The notes: generated by a model from the letters alone, not told the origin. DNA of 64,000 nt from Eremomyces bilateralis CBS 781.70 (GCA_010015585.1 ML975160.1), one strand, 5' to 3'. Positions 36,259 through 48,983 are shown, numbered from the stretch's first letter. Made by a program: numbers and translations.

Positions 36259-38079
36259 GGCGATCAAGAGAGCGTTGGATTCCTTTGGTTTCGGTAAAAT
36301 TTGTTTGATAATAGTCATTCCTTTTGTGGTGGATGCGATATTTGCGCTGCGGGGATGGGGTTGGAATCGGGCGCTTTTGGCATTTTGAACTTGCATTTGT
36401 TGGATCCAATACATGGGTATCTAAGATATTTTAATGGTAATGAGTTCACTCTACTGTCCTCGTTCTGCTCTTCACCTCGTCGTTTGTGTTTTAGCATGTC
36501 GTGCTCCTGCCTCAAAACTACATTCTTGGACCTTCGTCCACTGTTTCACCAGTCATGTTAGTGAATACTTGTACACTTTTCTGGACAGACGATTGTTTGA
36601 TCTTGTCAATTGTACGGCACCGTCTCTGAATACCGGTCCCTCAAGTTGCAGTAGTTGGGGGGATCCACGCGGATACTGCAAACCTTTATTCCAGTCACTC
36701 AGATCATTTTCGCCATGCAAACGCGGCATTACTGAGAGGACGATTACTTATATTGAGCTCCTTGATGATAACCAGCTTGCGACAAAGTTTCCAGAATATC
36801 CTCATCATCCCAAGTCAACATCACTCGTCTTAAGCATTGCGAGTCTTTTCGATCTAACCCTTCTGTTTCGTCTTTTCGTTTTTCCGAATTCTTTCACCTG
36901 GAGTTGAGCGAAATCCAATACCGTTGCCAGTCAAGAGGGTTTGTTCCTTCTTTCTGCAACAGCAATTTCATAAATATTTATGTTCTGCAACCGGTCTTCC
37001 GCTGTATTTTCGCACTTCCAAACCTTAAGCGCAAGGCCAGATCATCCACGGGAGAAATCGACCTTTGGTCCACTTATTAAAGTGCCCCATTTATAGGTGC
37101 CATGTCGAGCTTATACTTAGCCTGCCAGTTCCAGCTCTACGAGTCTCCCCCTCCCCCATCGAACCTATTACGGATATCGACGAAAATAAGCCCTTGATCT
37201 TTATTAAAACGAGGAGTCCGAGCTGGAGAATGATACCGATGCTGGCGAGCACGAGAATAGGGATGAGTATTTCGATAGCGACGATGAGCCCGAGCCGGAG
37301 GGCGATGAGTACGAGGATGGGTATTTCTTCGATAAAGCTCCTGATAAAGAATAAGAAGCGTTTACCGCGTTATGCCTAAATTAAGGGGTTCCTATACATA
37401 TATTAGTCTGTTCCTTATTTCCATTTTCTACTTCCCATTTTTCTCGCTACAGGATCGCCGATGAGTTGACGGGCGGCAAGACTGGGCCGGGCAATCCCCG
37501 ACACCCACCGTGCCACGTAGAACCTCACATCCAAGGTCTACTGCTAGTCACAGGAAGGCTGTTACTATTCAGATATCTATATTCACCACTCTGACATGCA
37601 ATGTAGGACGCTTATCTAAAGCTCTTGGAATTTGAGAGGAGAAAAGTATGGGAAATGAAAACCCAACTCCGCGTCACGAATACTGCCGAGTTTGGCGCAC
37701 TGCACAGAGAGATATTCACCGAGCAAGGGAGAACGCAAGTGTTGACTCGACCCTTCATGCGAGGAAGTTGTACGAGCGGGCAGTACATGCTGGCGTGGAG
37801 CAGTTGGAGGAGAACAAATGGTAGGACAGAGGCTCTAGAACAACTTCTCGGGTTTCCCCTCCACTTCCACTTTCGACCACTCCAACTCCACCCCCAACTT
37901 CAATGACGGCTTCAGCCCCCACGGCTTCAACCATCACTTCTTCGATCCCTCCTTCGATTCTTCGATCACTAACCCGAGGACTGGAATTTAGACGAGCACG
38001 GGATCTCCCTTGGGTGTGGGGACCAGTGGAAGAGTAATGGCCCCTACTCAGGCTTCATCAACAGAATGTAAATAGAGCC

Positions 38080-38720
38080 ATACATACATCAAATCTCCGG
38101 AGGATCGGGAATGGGTCTCAGTTCTTGAGGCTATCTCTGCGGCCGGCCGTGAAACCTCCCCCCTGATCGTTTTCAAGGAAAAACGGTCCAATCTTCGTGG
38201 TTTCCACCACAGGAGAAAGATTTACCATATTGAAATTATACAGGCTCTGAAAATGCCTGGACTTCTACCGAAATCGGTCTCCAATGGCTCGAAAAGAAGT
38301 TCTTACCGGAGATCAAGCCTCTGGACTCCTCCGCGGACGAATGGCGCCTTTAAATATGCGACGGGCACGGTTCTCACACCGGGGTAGAGTTTATGAAGTT
38401 GGCCAAAGAACACCGCGTGTTTCTGTTGTTTTTGCCCGCTCATATTTACTTCCCATCTCCTCCAGCCCCTGGATATTTCGTGTTTTTCACTTCTGAAGTC
38501 AAAATACCGTAAAGAACTGAGTCAATCGTCATCTCTTGATGACTCTGCGCCTGTAAAGAGGCATGAATTTAACTCCATATATTATAAATTACGAATTCAG
38601 GCTCTAAGTATACATAATAATACCCGTGCGGGATTCCGTGGAACGAGAATGGTTCCATTCAACCCTGAAAAAGTTCTGAACAGCACCCAATTGAACGAGA
38701 ATCACCTAATTCAGCGTCCT
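38080..38720 (+). pseudogene. Decayed Fot1/pogo (DDE_1) transposase
   Basis: Across frameshifts and stops: YIKSPEDREWVSVLEAISAAG...PLIVFK, ENAWTSTEIGLQWL, WRL*ICDGHGSH, FLPAH..HLLQPLD..CFSLLKSKYR, GFRGTRMVPFNPEKVL. Confidence 0.9.
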
Positions 38721-39389
38721 AACCCCCGAGCCTACTTTCCTTACGTTTCACATGCCAAAAGGGCCTAAAGATGTATATCTCCAAAAATACAGTGGGATGG
38801 CGTGAGGGTTCAATGAGGATTATGAATAGCGGAGACGTTATCGAATTGCTAGAGAAATGAAGAAGAGGAAAATGGGAGGTCACGCGAGTGGGCGAGCATA
38901 GAGTGATATGGTCACGAGTAGTGGACGAGTAGGCGGCGAGTAGTTGATTGGTATTGATGTATGCGTGCCTCATGTACCGAGACTAATCCTTAAAGAAGAA
39001 CAAAAAGAGTGTGAAGAGCTTGACTTGTGTCTTCACACTACCTCTCCCCTTGAAAAGGGCGGTCCCTCGCCCGTTGAAAACAAGGTATTCGTTTGATAAT
39101 AGCCGAAGAGTAGTGGTGTGGTGATGCTGCCATATGGCCGTCCGGATGAGCTCGCGAAAACTCAAGAAAAACCCTTCGTGGGGAAAAGTACTGGGAATGA
39201 GAGCTCATCGGAGACGGAAATGGGTCGCCTTGTTGCCTGTGTATTCACGTGTACTTAGTGGAGAGTCACAAGTGAATCAATAGGTGATAACACCAAGTCG
39301 ATGTTGCATGCGTTGCCTGCTGTGTAGGATATAAAGATCTCACTTCCGCTTTGAACTTCCTTTCCTTTTTCACTTTCAACAGCATCAAG

Positions 39390-39990
39390 ATGTGAGTGCT
39401 GTATCAATCTCTGTTCGTTGATGGTTCAGGGGCTTATACAGCGCAAACCAGTTTTGCACAACACCAAGTTATCCATATCAACATGCATGCTGCGGACGAG
39501 TCTGGACTCCGACTCAACAGTGCCGGAGAGGTAGGTGGCTTCTCGCCTACGAGTAGTGAGGTACTCACGATCGGCAGTTGTTGGTTTGTCGCTGGTGTTG
39601 ACAAGATCGCTCAGGGTCGAGTCTATACCAAGATGTCGAGAAAAGGAGACTCGGTGGATGTTCCTACAGGACTCGGCTGCGACTACCCGCTGAGTGGTGC
39701 ACGAGCCAGCGCCGGGGCGATGACGAGTACTCCGATACCCGCTGAATCTACAGTTCTTGCAGATATTGCGAAGTCACTGCGGACGTTGGCTGCTGTTGGT
39801 GTGGCTTTTGCAAAGCACAAAAGTTTGGTGAGTACTCCCTCCTGACTTGTCTACGAGTACCCGACTAATCACCGGCAAGACGTGGAGTTGGACCCTACGG
39901 ATCGCGGTGTTGAGTTGGACGATGCTAGGTTCTCTTCGGAACTTTCCGATGGTGTTAACCTTGGAAGAGAGGGGAATAACTCAGAAATAG
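39390..39990 (+). pseudogene. Possible spliced orphan gene or pseudogene
   Basis: ATATAAA near 39329, pyrimidine-rich leader, ATG at 39390, donor-like GTGAGT/GTAGGT sites with CTCAC/CTAAT branch-like motifs. No clean spliced ORF could be built. Confidence 0.3.
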
Positions 39991-40266
39991 GCGTATCCAC
40001 CACTACTCTTACTGCCCCTTCTAATGGCACATTTTATACTACAGCATCTTGCGTTTGGCAGAAACGCAATGGAGAGCACGCTCTCCACAATCACCCGCAC
40101 GACTGGCGGGATGGGGAGCCCCGCGGCGACCGTCCTAGCACCCATTTTCACGATGATTACCGCGATGTTCCTGGCGAGTTTGAAGCTGGAGAAAGAGGAG
40201 AGAGGGTTGAGGGTATGGAAGAGGGAGGAAGGAAGGGGGGAGGGATATGGAGAGGGAGAGGGAGAA

Positions 40267-40288
<22 letters not shown>
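40267..40288 (+). repeat. (AG)11 microsatellite in a purine tract
   Basis: Direct read; preceded by a GA-rich stretch from about 40190. Confidence 0.95.
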
Positions 40289-40298
<10 letters not shown>

Positions 40299-40569
40299 CT
40301 TTTTCGCTCTCTCCAACTATCGCCGCCTTTTCAATATGGATTTTAGCAACATCCACACTCAGATAGTCATGTTGCGTGACAACGACACTGCTTTCAGCCA
40401 TTTTGAGGATGTAGTTATGCTTGGCTAAAATCTAATGCGCAGTTCTGTCCGGTTAGCAACAGCTGCCCGTCCACAACATGCAGTGGATTCAGTGATACCC
40501 GCCAAGATTTCCCCAAGGACCATATACCAAACAACCGTGAGTCCATTGCCGACTTCCTTTGCAGGCGTC

Positions 40570-43010
40570 AGGCTTCATATCGAGCTTCCGAAGTCCAGAA
40601 TGTAGGTACGGCTGCGGTCTGTCCCGAGAATGACAAAATTACTGCCCTTGAGTATTCTTCAACTAAAACAGAGGTCACCACACCTCCGTCGGCTCTCCCA
40701 TTTTCCCTATCCAGAATCGAAAGCCCACCGCGTTCAAGAGCGAAGAGAGAAGAAGGGTATGGATTAAAAAGGACAATGGCTGCCAAATGTGCACATCAAT
40801 GGGCGACCTTAGGTTCAGGAATGGGTAAATATCAATGATAGAAGTGGTCATTAATCTAAATTCAGCAGTGTGTGAGTGCCTGAGAGATTACCACAGAAGT
40901 AAGATGTCATAATCTGGGGTGGAAGAAATTGAACATTCTTCACCCTCAAAATCCTTCCCCACCCTCTGCAACAGGAGAATCATGTTACTTACCAAACTTA
41001 AGGAAGGGCGATTCAATATCTTTAGCAATGGAATATAAGGTGAGAATATCTCACGTTTGAGGGAATTTGACGCCGAAGGAATTCACTTCAAGGTCAATAA
41101 TTCTCCCACTTTGGAAGCACGAATAAATTTTAATTGCCCTACTCTATTGATGGGCGCTAGGGGCTGGGGGTGTGATGAAGTAGAGTCTCTTCGGAGTCGC
41201 AAATATCCTCGATGGGCAATAATCACCTCGGCAATAGCCGCTCCGGGTGTTGAATTGATATGGGTTTTCGAAAGGGTTAACATACCTCTGCGGCCACTGG
41301 TTGCGGATCTGCTTGTGGTTCGAGGGACTGCTCTGATCGAGGTGGTTGCTAGGGCGTTGAGAGGTCGTGCTGTGGAATTGGGGCGGGATCGGGATCGGGA
41401 TCGGAGGACGGGCCTGATCGATATGTCCACCAAGGCCCGGGTTGGCGCTCCCAAATTGAGGTGGGTTCGGTTCTGGTCAGATGCCATTGTGATTCCGCAT
41501 CGGCGTCCGCAGGGTGGCTGTGGGCGCCGCCATGAAGGACCTCAGGCCCCGGAAGTAGGCGTCCCGGTCGAATTGCGGCCTAGAGAAGGGGTGAGGCGGC
41601 AGTAGCTCTCCGCTGTCCCAAACCAAATCTGGAGGAGATCCCAAGTAGCTTTGCAACCCCTGGGAATACTCGTCGGCATCTAAATCGGAACCCAGGGTCG
41701 GGAATAGTGGTAGATTCTCTCCCGTGGTGTTTGATGGGTGCCCGATTGCAAACCAGTCGAAAGACTGCGCGGTGGTTGGAGACACGATGCAGTCTCAAAA
41801 CTTCTGCAGGAAGTTGATCGGGTTTTCTGTGCGGGCGGCGGAGGAGGTGGCGGGAGGAGCAGCGTTGATCTCGGCAGGGAAATGTTGGCTCCATTCGACC
41901 TGATGCCAATATTGAAAGTGATTGTCTGTGGTCAGGGCAAAAGGTGGTGCGGACGGGTTCAAAATGATATGGCCCAGGACAGATCTAGTGATGGTTGGTC
42001 GTATTGCTGGGATGTTTGTTGTTTGCCAAGGAAATTATGGCACAAAGGGAGTGACTGAAGGATTGAACTGCGGGCTTGCGCCTCCTGAGAGGGCCGCCCA
42101 CACTCCAACGGTACCATCAACAACACCGGATTGAACTGCCGTTGGTGCAAGAGAATTTCCAATGGGATGCTCGGGCACCAGCGACCCAAAAGGATGTTCA
42201 TAATGAGCGTCATGTGGCGCCCCTGTCGCATCTGGGGTGGTTGATGCCCCCCCAAGTGCCAACGGTAATCCTGACCCTAGTGTCCCTCGGTGAGGTTGCA
42301 ACAAAGTTCTGCCAGTTGAATGTGTCACCCACAATCGCAGAGAAGGGAACAAGCCTGTTAGGAGAGTTGGGTGACTGTAGCGGACCTGGCATTGTTGTGA
42401 CTGGCAGCCCACCTCTGACCAGGAGGAAGCCCTGGTCAATGGTCTCTTCAGGTGCAGGAGTTTCCTGTAAACCATGGCCTCATGCGGTTGTGTTATTTGA
42501 TTCAGGGGGTGGCTGAGGTCAGGTTGAGTTCGAGGCGTTTTGGCCGTTGTCGTTCGCCGGATGCCAATACTCGAACGTCTCCGATCGTGTGCAACTCATT
42601 GTGCTCGCTCTTGGTGGCCTCTACAATATATATCTTTTGTCAGTCTACTATATAGATACGTGTTTGGTATGAAGTCTTGCCGTCCGTCAAATCTTTCATT
42701 GGTTTCCTTCGCTATTATCATCGCGTTCACATAGCTGCTTCCTTGTCCAGCATGATCTTCTTTCATGCATGCGGATTCCTATATGTCGATCAGATACATT
42801 TCGTGAAATAGTGTGACATTGCTACACTTACATCTCTGGAAGTAGTGGCGCTGTTGAACCTATATTTATGAGTCCTCCGCCTGCTCTAGGACCCTCAGCC
42901 CTCGTCGATTCAGTGCTGGCAGTGACTGTGGATATAACTGGCATGTGGATATTATATTCAGCAGCACGCTCTCGAGGCATAATTACCTCCGTATCATAGC
43001 AAATCATCTT
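40570..43010 (-). pseudogene. Decayed multi-exon gene: Pro/Ser-rich region followed by a possible BTB/POZ-like segment
   Basis: One minus frame reads over about 1.2 kb (42250-41000) with sparse stops. Intron-like signals near 42831-42779 and 42659-42621. SGRIIDLEVNSFGVKF..DILTLYS and PDYDILLLW loosely resemble fungal BTB. Confidence 0.35.
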
Positions 43011-43535
43011 TCTCCTTGAAACGGCATGTTGTTTGTGGACATGAACCAGACGAAGGGCAGAGAGGGAACTAGAACTTTGGGGGAGAGATGTCAAAATCAG
43101 CATGGGGAACAACACAGTTTATCTGCTTTGACTCAATCGGAACATCTGGGAAAACTTTTGCTCACGATGCTCGGAGTGGACTGGGATATCAATAGGTGAG
43201 AGTCAGCAAGGTGCTAATCAACTGCGTGTTAGGAGGAAGTGGATGGTCGAACGGAGTCGAGGATTGGAGGAAAAGGGGGAAGGGAGAAAGTGGAAGGTTG
43301 AAGCGAGTTGAGGACATGAGAGAAAGGCAATGGAAGGAAGAATCACAAGAAGAGGTCACCTCCATTGGAAGTTCACAAGGGAAGCAAACGGAAGAGAAGC
43401 AGGACAAGGACTTTCATATGACGATCAGGCAACGAGTATCAGGCAGCGACTTCTAACGACTAATAGAAACTCCCTCATGCTCGCTCCTCAAGGAGTCACA
43501 CTGAATAGAAATGCTTCCAGTGCTAAGGCAATGGG

Positions 43536-43595
43536 GGGATGGGGACGACGGGGATGGCGATGACCGGGATGGCGACGACCGGGGTGGCGTTGACG
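43536..43595 (+). repeat. Four imperfect 15-bp tandem units (GGGATGGCGAYGACC)
   Basis: Units begin at 43536, 43551, 43566 and 43581. Confidence 0.8.
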
Positions 43596-43979
43596 ACGGG
43601 GGTATGGACGACAATGGTTTGGCGATGATAAGGGACGGCTCTCAATAATCACAATGATCATAAAAGCTCCAAGATAATATCAATTAAAACCGCACTCATA
43701 AATTCATTTCTTTCAAAGGCATTTGATTGCCATCGAAGACGATGACGAGGGAGGCATGATCCTTATGACGGTGGCATTCGCCTGCAGAACTGGGTTCGAA
43801 TGTGGGACTTGCTACTCTTATTAACTGAACCTCAGGAGGGACGGAAATCAGCAATGCTTATATGGTGGGTGGTCAGAATTCTAATAGGACAACTCTAATA
43901 CAGTACTGATATTGGGTCTTCAGGTCTCCTTCACAGATTTTCACCTGAGAAACACATGGTGTGGCTCATTATTTCCCAT

Positions 43980-44906
43980 TCAGCTCATTGGCACGTCTTG
44001 GAACGGCTGTCGGGATGCTGATTCAGTCTCGAAGTCCAAGTCCATTGACTCCTCATTTTCTACATCCGAATAGCTTCGCTTGCGTGGCTTCACAGGCGGT
44101 ACTAAAGAAAGCTGGGGGGCTGTGTTGGATTTGACAATGCCTGATTGAAGCTGTGTTTCTGCGGAAAGGGCGTTGTGCGAGGCGACATCTCGTTGGGCCT
44201 GCTGCATGTCTGACCAGTTCTGAAGGGTGTGTCTGATGGTGTCATCGACAGAAATGCAGAACCTCTTTTTGCCGATGAGCTGCAAGGCGCTGACTTCATC
44301 AATCCCTAGAAACATCTCGATCATGTATGCTGCAACGATGGCTGCCGACTTCTCGTTGCCGGATTCACAGAAAACGAGGACCTTCCCCCAATGTTGCGCG
44401 GAGGGTACTTGTGCTAAGAGCCGGGAGATGTGTTCATTGATGAGGGCAGTGGCCTGCCCAAACATATGAGAGGTGGTTGCATTGCTCTCCACGCCAAGGC
44501 ATTTGATCTCGATTCCCACCTCTCTTGCCAATCGCGTAGCGGATTCTGCAATTGGTAGTGATTGGTTCTGCACTACCCCCAAGACCATGGTGATGCCCTC
44601 TTTTTCGAGATATTGCAGATCTTTGACCACATTTTGAGGACCCAGGTACACTCTCGGAAGGATCTGCTGCGCTTTCCATCGGCATGACCGGTCCCAGTCG
44701 TAGGCGTGTTTAAAATCCAGTGTCAATGGCATGTCCATCATCCCGAGGTTTATCGCTTTGCTGCTGTACCGCAATGAGGATGGAGAAAAGTTCGAGGGTC
44801 TGATATTGACTTGGTTGTACTGAGGCCCAACAAGAGGGGGAACGATGATCGGAGGAGGGTGAGGCACTGTGTAGGTGTACCTCTCCATAGGTGCGGTCGG
44901 CGCCAT
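43980..44906 (-). CDS. Dual-specificity phosphatase-like (STYX-like) protein
   Basis: AQQILPRVYLGP, LEKEGITMVL, GKVLVFCESGNEKSAAIVAAYMI, ALQLIGKKRFCI. Intronless, 308 aa. Confidence 0.85.
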   Translation of the reverse strand: MAPTAPMERYTYTVPHPPPIIVPPLVGPQYNQVNIRPSNFSPSSLRYSSKAINLGMMDMPLTLDFKHAYDWDRSCRWKAQQILPRVYLGPQNVVKDLQYLEKEGITMVLGVVQNQSLPIAESATRLAREVGIEIKCLGVESNATTSHMFGQATALINEHISRLLAQVPSAQHWGKVLVFCESGNEKSAAIVAAYMIEMFLGIDEVSALQLIGKKRFCISVDDTIRHTLQNWSDMQQAQRDVASHNALSAETQLQSGIVKSNTAPQLSLVPPVKPRKRSYSDVENEESMDLDFETESASRQPFQDVPMS

Positions 44907-45559
44907 CCCGTAAAGCCAGTGTATGGGATGACTAGGGGATTGTAGATAAGGCGGAAGTCAGATAGCGTTGCCGTGAAGAGTAGTTTAGGGCAGAGGCTTG
45001 CTGACAGAAAGATGAATGGGTGACAGTGTGGACACACTTTAATAGATGATGAATGAACCGCACACGAGGCGGAAAATGTGGTTGATGTTATATCCTGGGC
45101 CTCTACCACATTCAACAGGTTTCAAGGATGCAGAAATGAAACCTTGGAAGTGGGCGTGAAATAGAGTTGATAATCTATCAGGCAGAAGGTTGGCTTTATT
45201 CACTGGCATCTCCATCGGTCGAGCCATCTACTTGGGACACATGTTGGCGGCAAAGGCCCCAATCTTTCTATCACGTGCTGTAGTTCATAGTAACACTTGA
45301 GGAACTCTAATGGGAATTCTTTGGTAATCCCTCAAGATGAATGTAATCTGCAGCACTGAACTATGGAGCGAAGTGAATTATTCCCCAACTGACATAGCTT
45401 ACGCGACGCACGGATTTTAGGTAGTTGAATTACGGTATGGGCCAAGAGTTTGTTTTGCACGTGACATGATTTATCAGCCGCTTCTTGGATGAAGCAGCCA
45501 AGCGAACCTTCAACACTCAAACATGAATTTGTGCATCTAACCGGCTCAGGAATCTCATT

Positions 45560-46560
45560 TGCAAAGGAGTCTCAGGGTAAATCGATACAGCGAGAATATA
45601 GATGCCGGGCACTATGCTCTCAAGTGGGACGCACTACTGTGAGCCTAAACAGATGACACCGCTTGCTGGAAGTCAGAGAGCAGATGTACAGCCTACAGAA
45701 GATGTTGCTAAAATCGAACTCTTCTCTTCCTACCAACGTAAGCCAATGAATGATCCAGAGGCTGCCTTATCAAATTTCTTAATAACATGAGTTTCCGTCG
45801 CTTGGGTTCTTCATGGTGACAGTTGTGGTCAAGATAAGGTTCGGCGCAAGGTGGGTACTTGAAGTTTATCCTGACTGTACCTAGTACGAGCAAGAGTCAG
45901 GGGTATGGTAAGGGGCTCACCGATTTGAGCGACCGAAATCATTTGCAGTTCACCTTCAACGAAGGTACATATCAATTCATTCTTACAATATGTTTGATAT
46001 ATTGCCCGATTTCAATTTCGAGAATGTATGCGCCAGATGTCTAAACCAAAGCCGTCAAATGGGGAAAAAAGGCAGTATTCCATTTCAAAGTCACCAGCCA
46101 GCCATTCCAATTAAACCTGTGGCAAACAGTACAACTCAAACCTTATTATGAGGAAGATCAAGAATGGTCAATATACTCTAGCAGCAATGATAGACTGGGA
46201 GTTAACAGGGTTCTGCCCTTTCGAGTACGAATACTCCTAATATGATGTGTCTCCGGGCGTCTCCGACCTGGACTATTCGTTTTACGAGCGATCTACGAAC
46301 CACTAAAGAGTAGTGAAAGTCACGGAACCGGAGGAGGTAAGCATCATCGACGCCATGCACATCATATTCGAGGCCTGTGCTGGATCCAGGCCAGGAAATT
46401 GGTGGATGGGAATGAGGAGAAGTTTCGAGAAGGGGGCAACATTTCGTATCCTCCTAATGTCACTGGGGGCACATGGCGATATCCCTCGGATGTAGGGGAA
46501 TCCCAGGGTTTACGAAAGAGGATAACGAGAAGCTGGAGGTGGGCGTCTTGGCAGAGATCG
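45560..46560 (+). pseudogene. APH/choline-kinase-like phosphotransferase pseudogene, copy 1
   Basis: MPGTML..WDAL, LIMRKIKNGQYTLAAMIDWELTGFCPFEYEY*, IIDAMHIIFE. Many stops and frameshifts; boundaries approximate. Confidence 0.7.
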
Positions 46561-46901
46561 GCAAAATTTAACCCGGGCATGTTTTGTAGCGAAGACATAC
46601 AGTTTGCAAATGCAGGAATCTCCGTGGATTTGAAGATATCGCTAATAGCTATATGGTTCGATCATCTCGATATGTGCACTTTAAAAATTCTGCCAGCCTC
46701 GTCACCTTTATGTAGGAATGGATGCATGCTTATAGTCAACAATATTTCATGGCCGCCGAAGGGGGTGGCAATAAATATCAACGGTTTTAATGGCTAGGTG
46801 GCTCACTTATGTACAGCGACTAAGTTAGTCCAAGAGCGAGCTATATGGGTTAGAATTGCCTCCGCTACCATTAAAATCTCATCGTCCTGTCTGTGCTTTC
46901 T

Positions 46902-47102
46902 CTAAGGTTTCAAATAGCCGTTCCTAGCAGAACCAGTATTGTGATCATGGTTAGCCTTCTCACCACACACATAAGTCCCTCCAGATAGTCCCATAAATTT
47001 TCCGCAACTGAGGCATTTGGAAGGATTCACCACCTCCCCATTGGCAATAACATTACTCTGCTTTGGAGGGAGGGGGTTTCCTTTTGAAGGTGGTTGCGCC
47101 AT
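46902..47102 (-). CDS. Putative 66-aa Zn-ribbon-like microprotein
   Basis: ATG 47102; CLSC...YVC....NHDH; TATAAA on the minus strand at 47223-47228 and a CA-rich leader. Confidence 0.35.
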   Translation of the reverse strand: MAQPPSKGNPLPPKQSNVIANGEVVNPSKCLSCGKFMGLSGGTYVCGEKANHDHNTGSARNGYLKP

Positions 47103-47524
47103 ACTTAAGACATATGGTAGAAGTTGATGGGTTGGTTGTAAAGCAGTCCAAGATATTGGTTCGAATATGAGGGAGCACTTTTTCTGACCTTGGAGTTGCG
47201 TAGAGTGAAGTTTAAGGAAGCATTTATATGCTCTGTAGGCAGCCTTATCTAGCGCATTACATCGACAAGGGGAGTCAAGTTCCTCGCCCACTGACTCAGT
47301 CCCTTGGAAACGATGAGTCGCCGGGGTGAAGTAATAACTATAGAATTTAACTAAGAACCCATCGAATTACATCGTTGAAAAGTCCAGCCCAATGAAGTGA
47401 AGGACCCGGAGTCTTCATAGGGCCATGATTGACACACCTTGGGCAATCCATATTGCGCCTCGGCCACTGACATGACTGGTTGGAGTGGATCAAAAGCAAA
47501 GTTAGGGTCATTTGATCCTGCGGC

Positions 47525-48983
47525 ATGGTCATTTCTACAACAGAAGAAACGATGTTCAACCTCGCGGTAGTCAGGCGCTACGTTCAATTGGCTGAAATAT
47601 CCACTCGCTTGCGTCTCGGCTTGCACGTCTTCGTTTCCGATAATTCCGAAACTTGGCGTCTGCTTCTTACGTGCCCGAGAAGATTTGACGGAGATCCCCA
47701 GCTATTTTGACGACCAGCAACGCTCTCATACACACTTGAAACTCCCTCCCCGCTCATTCATTGGCCTGGTAAGATCTACATCAAACTATGGCCCCGAGCG
47801 CTTCTTTTCTCAATGACTACGTCCTCGAAGTGGCGTTTGGGGGGAAGGAAGACGACTCGATACACACACTTACAGATTACTTGGACATATGTCTCTATCG
47901 CGTCTGAGTCATGGGTTCTTCTTAGGACCCCATCCTTCATCTATACACGCACCGCGGTATTCTTTTACAGACCGTTACCAGGTATCAAGAATTGGCACAT
48001 GCTTTAGTCCCTTCGGTGGTCCCCTAACTCACGAATGGCCCCACTCTGATGAAAGATTCGAGTGGAAACGAGGTTTGGTATACAACCTCAGCCTTGGAAC
48101 ACGGAATTGTTCTAGACGAGATCTGGAATCAACTGGATTCCAGCCAACGGGCAATCATCATGGTACAAGTTGTTGAGATTTTGAAGAAATTCCAAACAAA
48201 TTAACTTGAAAGATCCTGAAATTAAAGATTTTTCTCCGGGACACAATTTACACGAATCCTAGGCTCATCATGCCAGGAGTTACTCTGCCGAGAGGAGCTT
48301 TACCCTTTGGAAGCCCCCGTTTCAGTATTATATCTTCTCTCGACGTACACGACTTTCTCAAGTGCCGAGTTACATTTCAAACACTAGCAAACTGCTTGAC
48401 CCCACAAACTTTCGGTGTGTGAAGCTGGAATCAAGGTAACAAGGTTACAGAGCGTGCTTCAGGGACACGCACGATTGTCTTCAAGGATGCGGACATGCGC
48501 CATGATTCTGCGCTTTCGAAGTCGACTGTCTTCTGTAACAAACTCCTCATTCCGCAAAATATGGTTGTGAGACAGACCACAAATGGACATTAGAAGCTGA
48601 TCGGAATCCTGAACTGGGGGGGAAATCTGGTTTCTTCTCCTCTGCCTACGAGCTTGTCAAGCGGAAAAGCCTAACTACTGGGAAATCCCAACCTATACTT
48701 CAGCTGGTGTGAACAATTCGTGAACCAGACGACACCTTTGATGCAGGAGACACCCTCCGCCCGGGCCCTCATGCAAGTTGACGCCATCGTTGATCAGAAC
48801 AATCACGACACGATCAGAAACCGCAGACTGTTCGAGCTCAGAAAGAAAATGTGGGAATGGGAGAAGCTGTCGACGGTTCCGGGCAAGGGGATCATCCATC
48901 ATCGACGACCCGACGTGGGCCAGCTCAAAAAATTATCGGAGAACGACAAGCTTGAGGCGGATGTATGCACAATGGTAGACTAA
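47525..48983 (+). pseudogene. APH/choline-kinase-like phosphotransferase pseudogene, copy 2
   Basis: HGIVLDEIWNQLDSSQRAIIMVQVVEILKKFQ, LIPQNMVV...LIGILNW..SGFF..AYE, NLYFSW. Stops and frameshifts; 5' boundary approximate. Confidence 0.7.

Noticed and set aside
37140..37380. Acidic reading-frame fragment (ELENDTDAGEHENRDEYFDSDDE...)
   Set aside because: Probably a gene or TE remnant, but too short and low-complexity to assign.
38788..38800. TACAGTGGGATG resembling a Tc1/impala terminus
   Set aside because: No matching inverted end found nearby.
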